This document shows, piece by piece, positions 9,624-21,451 of a DNA stretch of 64,000 nucleotides. The DNA lies in the NCBI GenBank assembly GCA_964389015.1, contig CAYMCR010000003.1, forward strand, positions 43,604 to 107,603, in the 5' to 3' direction. The stretch's first letter is position 1. Each line of letters starts with the position of its first letter. The DNA is from an uncultured Fibrobacteraceae bacterium (GTDB lineage Bacteria; Krumholzibacteriota; Krumholzibacteriia; LZORAL124-64-63). The notes under the pieces were generated by a model. That model did no database searches. It was not told the origin of the DNA and saw only the letters and a list, made by a program, of their open reading frames with translations. The translations under genes and the position numbers were made by a program.

Positions 9624-10298
9624 ATGAAACGAGTCGCGGTATTCGGTCTGGGACGCTTCGGTACCAGCGTGGCCCGCACGCTGCACGACGAAGGCGTCGA
9701 AGTGCTCGTGGTCGATCAGGACCACCGGCTTACGGACCGGCTCCAGGATCAAGTCGCGTTGGCCGTCTCCTTCGACGCCACCGAGCGGGAGAATCTGGAA
9801 CGGTTCGAGGTCGGACACATGGACGCCGTCGTCGTAGGTATCGGCGCTCATTTCGAGGCGAGCGTCATGGTCACCCTGCTCTGCAAGGAACTCGGTGTCC
9901 CGCGCATCATCTGCAAGGCGTTGACGCCGGACCAGGCGAAGGTCCTGCTCAAGATCGGTGCGGACCAGGTCGTCCAGCCCGAGCAGCAGATGGGACGGTG
10001 GCTCGCCGAGAACATGTTGCATGATTCGGTCGTCAACATGGTGGAATTGCCGGAGGGCTACGGCCTGGCGCGCATCCGGGTGCGTGAGGAGTGGTGTGGC
10101 AAGACGTTATCGGATCTGCGGATGCTGAGCGATGCACGGTTGAATCTGATCCAGGTCCACCGTCGGCCGGAGACGGCGACCGGGGAGACGGAGCGCATAC
10201 CCTTGCCGAACGGCGAATTCAAGTTGCTGGCCGGTGACGAGCTGGATGTGATCGGAGAGAACAGTATTATAGCGACTTACGAGATCGTCGGCCGCTAG
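9624..10298 (+). CDS. TrkA/KtrA-family RCK subunit
   Basis: N-terminal VFGLGRFG Rossmann motif, IGADQVVQPE; adjacent to the TrkH/KtrB gene. Confidence 0.92.
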   Translation: MKRVAVFGLGRFGTSVARTLHDEGVEVLVVDQDHRLTDRLQDQVALAVSFDATERENLERFEVGHMDAVVVGIGAHFEASVMVTLLCKELGVPRIICKALTPDQAKVLLKIGADQVVQPEQQMGRWLAENMLHDSVVNMVELPEGYGLARIRVREEWCGKTLSDLRMLSDARLNLIQVHRRPETATGETERIPLPNGEFKLLAGDELDVIGENSIIATYEIVGR

Positions 10299-10492
10299 GC
10301 GGCGCGTTCCGGAAGTGGTAAAAAGTGCTTTCCCTGGCTGGAGTTCCAGGCTACATTGAGGCAGATTCTGCGCCAGGACCGTTACTTGCATGAGTGACGG
10401 ACCGACGGGAATGGATGCAATCAGGAGCGGCCTGTCCAGCGCGGAGGGAGCCGCGCGCGATTTTTGCCGCCATGGCAAAGGAGTGACGAGAC

Positions 10493-11140
10493 ATGCTCTT
10501 CTCGAAGCGATTCGTCCTGTTGACCGTGCTGGCCCTGGCTCTTGCAGCCAACTGGGGATGTGCACCGTGCAGCGATTACAAAGAGCTTCTTACCGAACGC
10601 GACGCGACGATCGTGGACCTGCAGGCCCAGGTCGCCGAACGCGAGGCGACCATCGCCGAAGGGCAGCAACTGGCCAGTGAACTCCACGAGCAGATCGCCC
10701 AGGTGGAGGCCGAGAAGGATGTGCTCATCGAACAGCTCGGCGAAGTGGTGATGGTCACCATCCCCGACGAGATCCTCTTCGCCTCCGGCCAGACCATGAT
10801 TCTCGAAACCATGATACCCACGCTCGAAGCCCTGCGGGATGCGATCAATGCGTACCCCGAATGGGACATCCACGTCGCGGGTTTTACCGACGATCAGAAG
10901 ATCTGGCCTGATTTCCATGAAGTCTGGCCCACCAACTGGGAGCTGGGCGCCGCCCGCGCCGCGGCCGTCACCCGTTACCTGACCAACGGGCTGGACATGG
11001 ACGCCTCGCGTTTCGCCGTGGTCAGCTACGGTCCCTTCCACCCGGTCGGCGACAACGAGACGGTGGCGGGTCGCAAGTTGAACCGCTTCGTGCGCATCGT
11101 GCTGCACAAGCCCGAACGGCTCTGGGCACGCAACCAGTAG
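10493..11140 (+). CDS. OmpA/MotB-family peptidoglycan-binding lipoprotein
   Basis: Signal ending ANWGC, coiled-coil segment, ILFASG, VAGFTD, NWELGAARA, NRFVRIVL. Confidence 0.85.
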   Translation: MLFSKRFVLLTVLALALAANWGCAPCSDYKELLTERDATIVDLQAQVAEREATIAEGQQLASELHEQIAQVEAEKDVLIEQLGEVVMVTIPDEILFASGQTMILETMIPTLEALRDAINAYPEWDIHVAGFTDDQKIWPDFHEVWPTNWELGAARAAAVTRYLTNGLDMDASRFAVVSYGPFHPVGDNETVAGRKLNRFVRIVLHKPERLWARNQ

Positions 11141-11150
11141 CTCACGCATC

Positions 11151-11205
11151 TTCCTGACGGAATCCTGACGGATTCCTGACGAATTCCTGATGAATTCCTG
11201 ACGAA
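11151..11205. repeat. Tandem repeat, 5 x 11 bp (consensus TTCCTGACGAA)
   Basis: Units ttcctgacgga, atcctgacgga, ttcctgacgaa, ttcctgatgaa, ttcctgacgaa read directly. Confidence 0.9.
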
Positions 11206-11236
11206 GAGGGGCCGCCCACCGGGCGGCCCCTCTTTT
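11204..11236. terminator. Intrinsic terminator between convergent genes
   Basis: Perfect 14-bp stem AAGAGGGGCCGCCC/GGGCGGCCCCTCTT, 3-nt loop, short T-run. Confidence 0.85.
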
Positions 11237-11259
11237 CATGTCTTCGTCCCGAGTCGAAT

Positions 11260-12429
11260 CTAGCGCGCCACTGCTGCCCGCGCCAGTTCATCCATCGCCG
11301 CTGTGGCCCTGTCGATGTCGATCTCGTCGTTGAGCGGGCCGATGCTGAAGCGCGCCGTGCCCAGATCGTGGGTGCCGATGCCCGCATGGGCCAGGGGGGC
11401 GCACTGCAGCCCCGTGCGCACGATGACGCCGTGATCGACGTCCAGGCGCTGGCCGATCTCCTCCGGGGTCATGCCGTCGAGGGTGACGCTGATCACAGGT
11501 GTATGGCGCTCGTCCGCGCCCGCGCAGTGCAGTTTCAGACCCGGCAGGGCGGAGAAACCCTCGCACAATTTTGCCGCCAACGCCCTCTCGTGGGCCGCGA
11601 TGACGTCCAATCCGCGTTCCCGGACCCACGCCAGTCCGGCGCGTATCCCGGCGATGCCCAGCGTGTTCAAGGTCCCCGTCTCCAGGCGGTAGGGGTATTC
11701 CTCGAGATGCGTGAGTTGTCGTGAGCGGACGCCCGTGCCGCCCCACCGCGTGGTGCGCAGGACGACATCGGGCCCGACGGCGATACCGCCGATGCCCACC
11801 GGGCCGAGCATCGACTTGTGTCCCGTGAACGCAAGCATGTCGATTCCCATGGCGTCCATGTCGATGGGGACGCCGCCGGCGGTCTGGGCCGCGTCCACCA
11901 GGAAGGCCACGCCGCGCTGGCGGCAGATGGCGCCGACGGCGGTGATATCCTGGACGGTGCCGAGCACGTTGGAACCGTGTGTCATGACCACCAGACGGGT
12001 CTTGGGACGGATGAGATCCGCCACCGCCGCCGGATCCACGAAGCCGTCCGCGTCGAAGGGCGCGAGATCGAAGGTGATGCGACCCTCGCGGGCCATCTCG
12101 TGCAGGGGGCGCAGCACGGAGTTGTGCTCCAGGCAGGTCGAGACCACGTGGTCGCCGGGGCGACAGTAGCCCTGCAGGCAGATGTTGAGCGAGTCGGTGG
12201 CGTTGGCGGTGAAGACCAGCCGGTGCTTGTCGCGCGCCGGGTTGTTGAAGAACTCCGAGAGCTCGGCGCGGGTGTCCTCGATCACGTCGCCGGCGGCCAC
12301 GGCGGCATCGGCGCCCGTGCGGCCCGGGTTGACCCCGTGGCGACGGTAGAAGTCGTCCATCGCCGCGTAGACCGCTTCGGGTTTCGGATAGGAGGTCGCT
12401 GCGTTGTCCAGGTAGGTCATGTCTTCCAC
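11260..12429 (-). CDS. Class V aminotransferase, cysteine desulfurase family
   Basis: YLDNAATSYPKP, LVDAAQ, PLP lysine in FTGHKS, catalytic Cys in RTGLQCAP; GTG start 5 nt after AAGGAG. Confidence 0.9.
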   Translation of the reverse strand: MEDMTYLDNAATSYPKPEAVYAAMDDFYRRHGVNPGRTGADAAVAAGDVIEDTRAELSEFFNNPARDKHRLVFTANATDSLNICLQGYCRPGDHVVSTCLEHNSVLRPLHEMAREGRITFDLAPFDADGFVDPAAVADLIRPKTRLVVMTHGSNVLGTVQDITAVGAICRQRGVAFLVDAAQTAGGVPIDMDAMGIDMLAFTGHKSMLGPVGIGGIAVGPDVVLRTTRWGGTGVRSRQLTHLEEYPYRLETGTLNTLGIAGIRAGLAWVRERGLDVIAAHERALAAKLCEGFSALPGLKLHCAGADERHTPVISVTLDGMTPEEIGQRLDVDHGVIVRTGLQCAPLAHAGIGTHDLGTARFSIGPLNDEIDIDRATAAMDELARAAVAR

Positions 12430-12604
12430 GTTCGCTCCTTCGGGACCGAGCCGGTCAAGCACGGGAACAGCCTCAATGATGGTATGTGGACATCTTCCCG
12501 GCAAGTCGCGCTGCAGGCGTTGCCCCCGGCGGCCGGACGTGTTATCCATGGGGGTCGGCGGCGATTAATCCATAAACCCGATACTCCGCGAAAGGACAGC
12601 CGAG

Positions 12605-13315
12605 ATGCACCGGATCATTTTTTTATTGTTCGCCGCGATCTTGTTCATGACCGGCTGCACCACGACAGGAGGGGACACCTATGTACGTTTGTCCACCGAC
12701 GCAGGTGAGATCCTCCTCGAAATGAAACCCGACCTTGCCCCGAAACATGTCGCCAACTTCACCCATCTATGCCGTTCCGGGTTCTATGACGGCACGACTT
12801 TCCACCGTGTTATTCCCGGCTTCATGATCCAGGGCGGTGATCCCAATACGAAGGATGACGACCGCGGCAATGACGGACAGGGCGGCCCGGACTGGGAAGA
12901 CGTGCTAAGTCCGAAGGAGTTTGCGTTGATGACCGAAGTGCTCGTCATGCTGTCGAGCAAAGGTTACGTGGGCTTCGCGGACAGAGCCCAGATCAAGGCG
13001 GAGTTCAATTCTGACCGGCACCAGCGTGGCGTTCTCTCGATGGCGCGGTCGCAAGATCCGGACTCTGGTGGCAGCCAGTTCTTCATCTGCGTGGCAGACG
13101 TATCTCACCTCGACGGCAAGTACACCGCGTTTGGACGTGTCGTGCTCGGCTTGGACACCGTGGACGAAATCGTGATGGTTGAGCGGGACCGGCGCGACAA
13201 TCCTCTGCAATCCCAGCACATCAACCGCGCGGAGGTGATTACGGGAATCGAGAGCCTGACGGACGCCGAACAGACTGCGATTTCAGAAACCACCACGCCA
13301 GTCGTGACAGAGTAG
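12605..13315 (+). CDS. Cyclophilin-type peptidyl-prolyl isomerase, predicted lipoprotein
   Basis: FYDGTTFHRVIPGFMIQGGDP, LSMARSQDPDSGGSQFFI, LDGKYTAFG; signal ending FMTGC. Confidence 0.93.
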   Translation: MHRIIFLLFAAILFMTGCTTTGGDTYVRLSTDAGEILLEMKPDLAPKHVANFTHLCRSGFYDGTTFHRVIPGFMIQGGDPNTKDDDRGNDGQGGPDWEDVLSPKEFALMTEVLVMLSSKGYVGFADRAQIKAEFNSDRHQRGVLSMARSQDPDSGGSQFFICVADVSHLDGKYTAFGRVVLGLDTVDEIVMVERDRRDNPLQSQHINRAEVITGIESLTDAEQTAISETTTPVVTE

Positions 13316-13328
13316 GCAGGGAGTCCAG

Positions 13329-16151
<2,823 letters not shown>

Positions 16152-16261
16152 CCATAATGGGTCTTGGCGAATGGGGCGCCGCGTCATAAATTGGGCAGCG
16201 CCGAACCGCTCCGCGCGACGTATGGGTGAGACATCGCGGTTACCCCCACCGAGGAGCCGTT

Positions 16262-17440
16262 TTGAACCCGATCGAGACAGATGGCCTCTCGCAAACGCCC
16301 CTCACGGCATGGCATCGCGAGCACGGCGGCCGCATGGTCCCGTTCGCGGACTTCGAGATGCCGGTGCAGTACGAGGGCCTCGGCATCGAGCACGCCGCCG
16401 TGCGCGAAAGGGTGGGCCTCTTCGACATCGCGCACATGGGCGAAATATACGTGCGCGGCGCGGGCGCCGAATCCTGGCTTGACGGCCTGACCACCAACCG
16501 CATCGCCGGCACCAAGCCGGGCAGGATCGTCTACACCGCCATGTGCGCGCCAGACGGCGGCGTCCTCGACGACATGCTGATCTACCGCTTGACCGACCAC
16601 GACTGGCTGATCGTCTGCAACGCCGTCAACCGCGGCAAGATCGCCGGCTGGCTCGCCGAGCACGGTCGCGGCGTGGCTGACGTGGCCCTCGAGGATGCCA
16701 GCGACCGCACGGCCATGATCGCCGTCCAGGGGCCCGAGTCGCCCGTGCTGATGTCGCGTTTGTCGGCGCTCGCCGACGCGCGCGCGAGAGTGGCGGAACT
16801 GGACTTCTACGCCTCCTTCGTGCTTTCTCGCCCGGCGGGAGACTGGATCGTATCGCGCACGGGTTACACCGGCGAGCGGGGGTACGAACTGTACATTCCC
16901 TGGCGCGAGGCCTTGCCCCTGTGGGAGGAACTCCGCGCGCAGGGGGGCGACCTGGGTGTCGCACCCATCGGGCTGGCGGCCCGCGACACCCTGCGCTTCG
17001 AGATGGGCTACAGCCTCTACGGTCACGAACTGAGCGGCGACTGGACCCCGCTCGAAGCCGGTATCGGCTGGGCGCTGCGCCTGAAGAACCGCGAGTTCGT
17101 CGGCGCCGAAGCCCTGCGCGCACTGAAGAGCGCAGGCGTGCCGCGACGCATCGCCGGCCTGGAGATTCACGGGGCGTCAGTCGGCGACCGCTCCCGACCC
17201 GCGCCCATCGCCCGGCAGGACACGCCCGTCTTCGCGGCGGACATGCGGGTGGGCTTCGTGACCAGCGGCACCAAGAGTCCGTCCCTGAACAAATCCCTCG
17301 CCCTAGCCATGTTGGCTACCGATCGCGGCGAGGTCGAGTTGGAAGTGGAGATTCGCGGCAAGCGGTATCCCGCCACCGTGACCTCCTTGCCATTCCTGGC
17401 GTCGCGGGTCAAAGGCGACCCACGCGCCGTACGCCGCTAG
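16262..17440 (+). CDS. gcvT: Glycine cleavage system T protein
   Basis: MPVQYEG, LFDIAHMGE, SRTGYTGERGYE, GLAARDTLRFEMG; TTG start after GAGGAG. Confidence 0.96.
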   Translation: MNPIETDGLSQTPLTAWHREHGGRMVPFADFEMPVQYEGLGIEHAAVRERVGLFDIAHMGEIYVRGAGAESWLDGLTTNRIAGTKPGRIVYTAMCAPDGGVLDDMLIYRLTDHDWLIVCNAVNRGKIAGWLAEHGRGVADVALEDASDRTAMIAVQGPESPVLMSRLSALADARARVAELDFYASFVLSRPAGDWIVSRTGYTGERGYELYIPWREALPLWEELRAQGGDLGVAPIGLAARDTLRFEMGYSLYGHELSGDWTPLEAGIGWALRLKNREFVGAEALRALKSAGVPRRIAGLEIHGASVGDRSRPAPIARQDTPVFAADMRVGFVTSGTKSPSLNKSLALAMLATDRGEVELEVEIRGKRYPATVTSLPFLASRVKGDPRAVRR

Positions 17441-17458
17441 CCCTGAGGAGGCAGGAGC

Positions 17459-17836
17459 ATGACGTCTGACGATCGGATCTACAGCAAGGAACACGAATGG
17501 GTGATGGTCGAGGGTAACATCGCCAACGTGGGCGTGACGGAATACGCCGCCACCGAACTCGGCGACGTGGTCTTCATCGAACTCCCCGAACCCGGTGCAC
17601 AGGTCGGCCAGGGCGACGTCGTCGGCACGATCGAGACGGTCAAGTCCGTGGAGGATCTGTACTGCCCCCTGACGGGCGAAATCGTGGAGATCAACGAGGA
17701 GGTGCTCGAAGCGCCGGAACTCGTGAACGAATCGCCGCTGGATGACGGCTGGCTGTTCAAGCTGCAGGTCTCCGACCAGGGCGAGCTGGATCAACTGCTC
17801 TCGGCCGCGGACTACGACGCCCTGATCGGAAGCTGA
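17459..17836 (+). CDS. gcvH: Glycine cleavage system H protein
   Basis: YSKEHEWV, ELGDVVFIELP, lipoyl lysine in IETVKS, LVNESP. Confidence 0.97.
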   Translation: MTSDDRIYSKEHEWVMVEGNIANVGVTEYAATELGDVVFIELPEPGAQVGQGDVVGTIETVKSVEDLYCPLTGEIVEINEEVLEAPELVNESPLDDGWLFKLQVSDQGELDQLLSAADYDALIGS

Positions 17837-17843
17837 GCAGTCC

Positions 17844-19205
17844 ATGCCCTACACGCCGCACACGGATGAGGATATCCGCGAGATGCTCGCCGTGCTCGGC
17901 CTGCGCGACGTGGAGGACCTGTTCGCCACCATTCCCGCCGCGGTGCGGGACGCCTCGGGCCTGGACCTGCCCTCTTCGCTGTCCGAGGAGGAGGTCTGGC
18001 GGGTCATGAGCAACCTGGCGGCCCTGAACGTCGGGCAGGATGAGCTGGTGTCCTTCATGGGGGGGGGCGTCTACGACACGTACATCCCGGCCGCCGTGGA
18101 CGCCCTGTCGAGCCGTAGCGAATTCCTCACCGCGTACACGCCCTACCAGGCGGAAGTCTCGCAGGGGACGCTGCAGATCATCTACGAGTGGCAGACCTTC
18201 GTGAGCCGGTTGACGGGTTTGCCTGTGGCCAACGCCAGCATGTACGACGGCGCCACGGCGCTCGTCGAGGCGTTGCTGATGGCCCTGGCGAAGACGAGAC
18301 GCGGCAAGGTGATCCTGCCGGAGACGCTCAATCCGCGCTATCGACGCGTCGTCGAGACCCATCTGAAGGGGGAGGGCACGGAGATCCTGACCGCGCCCCG
18401 CGGCGAGGACGGCGCCACCGATCCGGCCGGGTTGGCGGGACTGGTGGATGAGACGGTCGGTGCGGTCGTTCTGCAGACCCCCAACTACCTGGGCCGGCTC
18501 GAGCCCACGGCCGAGCTCTCGGCCGCCCTCGGCGAGAGCGGAGCCCTGCTGATCGCCGTCGTCAATCCCGTCTCCTTGTCGGTCGTCAAGCCGCCGGCCG
18601 CCTACGGCGCCTCGATCGCCGTGGGCGAAGCGCAGCCCTTCGGCATCCCCTGCAGTTGGGGCGGTCCGCTGCTCGGTTTCCTGGCCTGCGCCGACGAGCT
18701 GAAGCGACAAGTCCCCGGTCGTATCGCCGGTCGCACCATCGACAGCCAGGGACGCCACGGCTACGTGCTCACCCTGCAGACGCGGGAGCAGCACATCCGG
18801 CGCGAGAAGGCGACGTCGAACATCTGTACCAACCAGGGCCTGAACATGACGCGCGCCGCGATCACGCTGGCCCTGCTCGGCGCGGAGGGCTTCAAGGCGC
18901 TGGGCGAGGCGAATCTCGATCGCTGCGCCGCCCTGCGCGACGTGCTCGGCCGCATCGACGGTCTGGCTTTCCCTTGCGATGGTCCTTCCTTCAACGAGCT
19001 GGTGGTGCGCTTGCCCGGCTCCGCCCGTGACTTCATGGTGTACGCCCGCGCGTGCGGCGTGCTGGCCGGCATTCCGCTGGCCGGCTTCGCCGGCTGCGGC
19101 GAAGGGGACCTGCTGGTGGCGGTGACCGAACGTCGCACGGCGGACGAGATCGAGACGTACGGAAACCTGGTGCGGGACTTCCTGGAGGCGCAGGGCGATG
19201 ACTGA
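17844..19205 (+). CDS. gcvPA: Glycine dehydrogenase subunit 1
   Basis: FLTAYTPYQAEVSQGTLQ, NASMYDGATA, LQTREQHIRREKATSNICTNQ. Confidence 0.97.
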   Translation: MPYTPHTDEDIREMLAVLGLRDVEDLFATIPAAVRDASGLDLPSSLSEEEVWRVMSNLAALNVGQDELVSFMGGGVYDTYIPAAVDALSSRSEFLTAYTPYQAEVSQGTLQIIYEWQTFVSRLTGLPVANASMYDGATALVEALLMALAKTRRGKVILPETLNPRYRRVVETHLKGEGTEILTAPRGEDGATDPAGLAGLVDETVGAVVLQTPNYLGRLEPTAELSAALGESGALLIAVVNPVSLSVVKPPAAYGASIAVGEAQPFGIPCSWGGPLLGFLACADELKRQVPGRIAGRTIDSQGRHGYVLTLQTREQHIRREKATSNICTNQGLNMTRAAITLALLGAEGFKALGEANLDRCAALRDVLGRIDGLAFPCDGPSFNELVVRLPGSARDFMVYARACGVLAGIPLAGFAGCGEGDLLVAVTERRTADEIETYGNLVRDFLEAQGDD

Positions 19206-20703
19206 CGTGTCCAAGGGCAAGGATCGCGGGGGCTGGTGCGCCGACCTGCAGGATAATCTCTTCACGAAGGGTCGCGCCGGGCGCCGCGGCGTCATGCCTC
19301 CCGTCTGGCGCGGCGACCCTTTGGCTGTCGAACTGCCCGCCTCCCTGCGTCGCGAGGAGCCCTGCGACCTGCCGTCGCTTTCGGAGCAGGAGGTGATGCG
19401 CCACTACACGCGTCTCTCGAACCTCAACCACCACATCGAGCGCGGCATGTATCCGCTGGGCAGCTGCACCATGAAGTACAACCCGCGTCTGAACGAACGC
19501 GTCGCGGCCCTGCCCGGCTTCGCGACCCTGCACCCGGAGCAGGACGAGGCCGACCTCCAGGGTCTGCTCTGCGCCCACAAGCTGTTGCAGGACGCCCTGT
19601 GCGAGATCACGGGATTCGACGCCTGCAGCCTACAACCGGCCGCGGGCGCCCAAGGCGAGTTCCTGGGCATGTTGACCATCCGCGCCTACCACCTGGCCAA
19701 CGACGATGCCGAGCGCGTGGAGGTCCTGATCCCCGATTCGGCCCACGGCACCAACCCGGCCTCGGTGGTCATGACCGGCATGAAGCCGGTCACCATCAAG
19801 TCCCTGCCCGACGGGCGCCTCGATCTGGCCGCCCTGCGCGAGGTCGCCGGACCGCGGACCGCGGGGATCATGATCACCAACCCGAACACCCTCGGCCTCT
19901 TCGAAACGGAGATCGTCGAGGTGGCGCGCATCGTGCACGAGGCCGGCGGGCGTCTGTACATGGACGGCGCCAACCTCAACGCCATCCTGGGCAAGGCCAA
20001 GCCCGCCCGCATGGGTTTCGACGTGATCCACCTGAACCTGCACAAGACCTTCTCGACGCCCCACGGCGGCGGCGGTCCCGGCGCGGGGCCCATCTGCGTC
20101 ACGTCGGAACTGGCGCCCTTCCTGCCCGGCCCCGAGGTCGTGGCGACCGACGGTGTCTTCAGCCTGCTCCACGACGAGGCGGGGGAGCGGCCGAGCATCC
20201 ATTCCTTCCACGGCAATTTCGGCGTCTGCCTGCGCGCGCTGGCCTACATCCTGCGCCTGGGCGGCGACGGCCTGGCCCGGGTATCGGAGCTGGCCGTCCT
20301 GAATGCCAATTACCTGCGCCGACAGCTGGAGGGGATCCTGCACGTGGACCACCCCGAGGGCTGCCTGCACGAGTTCATCGCCACCGGTCGCGACTGGAAG
20401 GAACGCTTCGGCGTGCGCACCCTGGACATCGCCAAGCGTCTGCTCGACTACGGCGTGCACGCCCCGACGATCTACTTCCCCCTGATCATCGAGGAAGCCC
20501 TGATGATCGAACCCACGGAGACCGAGTCCAAGGAAACGCTGGACGAGTTCGTGGCGATCATGCGCGAGATCCGTCGCGAGGCCGAGTCGCACCCCGAACT
20601 TCTGCAAGAGGCGCCTCACCTGACGCCGGTCTCGCGTCTGGACGAAGCCGGCGCCGCCAGGAAACCCGACCTGCGCTGGTTCGGGCCCTGCAACTGCGGG
20701 TAG
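19198..20703 (+). CDS. gcvPB: Glycine dehydrogenase subunit 2
   Basis: YPLGSCTMKYNP, SAHGTNPAS, PLP lysine in HLNLHKTFSTPHGGGGPG, IEPTETESKE. Confidence 0.97.
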   Translation: MTDVSKGKDRGGWCADLQDNLFTKGRAGRRGVMPPVWRGDPLAVELPASLRREEPCDLPSLSEQEVMRHYTRLSNLNHHIERGMYPLGSCTMKYNPRLNERVAALPGFATLHPEQDEADLQGLLCAHKLLQDALCEITGFDACSLQPAAGAQGEFLGMLTIRAYHLANDDAERVEVLIPDSAHGTNPASVVMTGMKPVTIKSLPDGRLDLAALREVAGPRTAGIMITNPNTLGLFETEIVEVARIVHEAGGRLYMDGANLNAILGKAKPARMGFDVIHLNLHKTFSTPHGGGGPGAGPICVTSELAPFLPGPEVVATDGVFSLLHDEAGERPSIHSFHGNFGVCLRALAYILRLGGDGLARVSELAVLNANYLRRQLEGILHVDHPEGCLHEFIATGRDWKERFGVRTLDIAKRLLDYGVHAPTIYFPLIIEEALMIEPTETESKETLDEFVAIMREIRREAESHPELLQEAPHLTPVSRLDEAGAARKPDLRWFGPCNCG

Positions 20704-20708
20704 CCGCC

Positions 20709-21440
20709 ATGCGCCTGCGCGTGATCCGCGACGACGCCCGCAGCGGCGCCGAGAACATGGCGGCCGACGCGCGTATGCTCGCAGCCCATCATCCCGGCGA
20801 CGATCCCGTGCTGCGCCTCTATCGCTGGTCGCCCTCCGCGGTCAGTTACGGCTATCACCAGGCTGTGGACGACTTCGACGACGAGGTCGTGGCGCGTCTG
20901 GGCTACGGTCTGGTGCGCCGCCCCACCGGCGGGCGCGCCATCCTGCACGCAGACGAACTGACCTACGCCGTAGTGGGCGATGCCGGTTCCGCCCCCTTCG
21001 GCGCCTCGCTCCACGAAGTCTATACGACCATCAATTCAGCCTTGCTGCTCTTCGTGCGGCGACTGGGACTCTCGCCCGACGTCTCCGCCGGCGAATCCCT
21101 GACCGATGCTCGGGGCGCCGTCTGCTTCGCGACGGCCGGCCGGCACGAAATCACCGTGGGCGGCCGCAAGCTGATCGGTTCGGCGCAACGCTGGCTGGCG
21201 CACGGCTTCCTGCAGCACGGCTCCATCCTCACCGGCAAGGGCCACGTCGGTCTGCTCGAATGTCTGCGGGGAAATGTCGACGGTCGGGAACAGCGAGCGC
21301 GTCTGCGGGCGGCGACGACGGATCTCGGCGAGTTGCTGGGCCGAGATTTGACCACCGCGGATCTGGACGGGTTCGCGGACGCGCTGGTCGAGGCCTTCGC
21401 CGAGACCTTCCACTGCGAGACGTATGCCGCCGACGCCTGA
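20709..21440 (+). CDS. Lipoate-protein ligase / octanoyltransferase (LplA/LipM family)
   Basis: ENMAAD, LRLYRW, VRRPTGGRAILH, ELTY, RKLIGSAQ, LQHGSI; directly after the gcv genes. Confidence 0.9.
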   Translation: MRLRVIRDDARSGAENMAADARMLAAHHPGDDPVLRLYRWSPSAVSYGYHQAVDDFDDEVVARLGYGLVRRPTGGRAILHADELTYAVVGDAGSAPFGASLHEVYTTINSALLLFVRRLGLSPDVSAGESLTDARGAVCFATAGRHEITVGGRKLIGSAQRWLAHGFLQHGSILTGKGHVGLLECLRGNVDGREQRARLRAATTDLGELLGRDLTTADLDGFADALVEAFAETFHCETYAADA

Positions 21441-21451
21441 TTGACCCGGAC

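Noticed and set aside
11151-11205. Possible CRISPR array
   Set aside because: Units are 11 bp and abutting, with no spacers and no cas genes in the window
16152-16261. Glycine riboswitch upstream of gcvT
   Set aside because: Only CGCCGAA is present; the GGAGA and CTCAGG elements and tandem aptamer layout are missing
19599-20708. Apparent 613-aa ORF ending in the lipoate ligase
   Set aside because: The N-terminal part is an alternative frame of gcvPB; the ligase begins at ATG 20709. The same overextension applies to ORFs 395, 26371, 28694 and 51271
16262-21440. Missing L protein (lpdA) in the gcv operon
   Set aside because: Common arrangement; the dehydrogenase is usually shared with 2-oxoacid dehydrogenases
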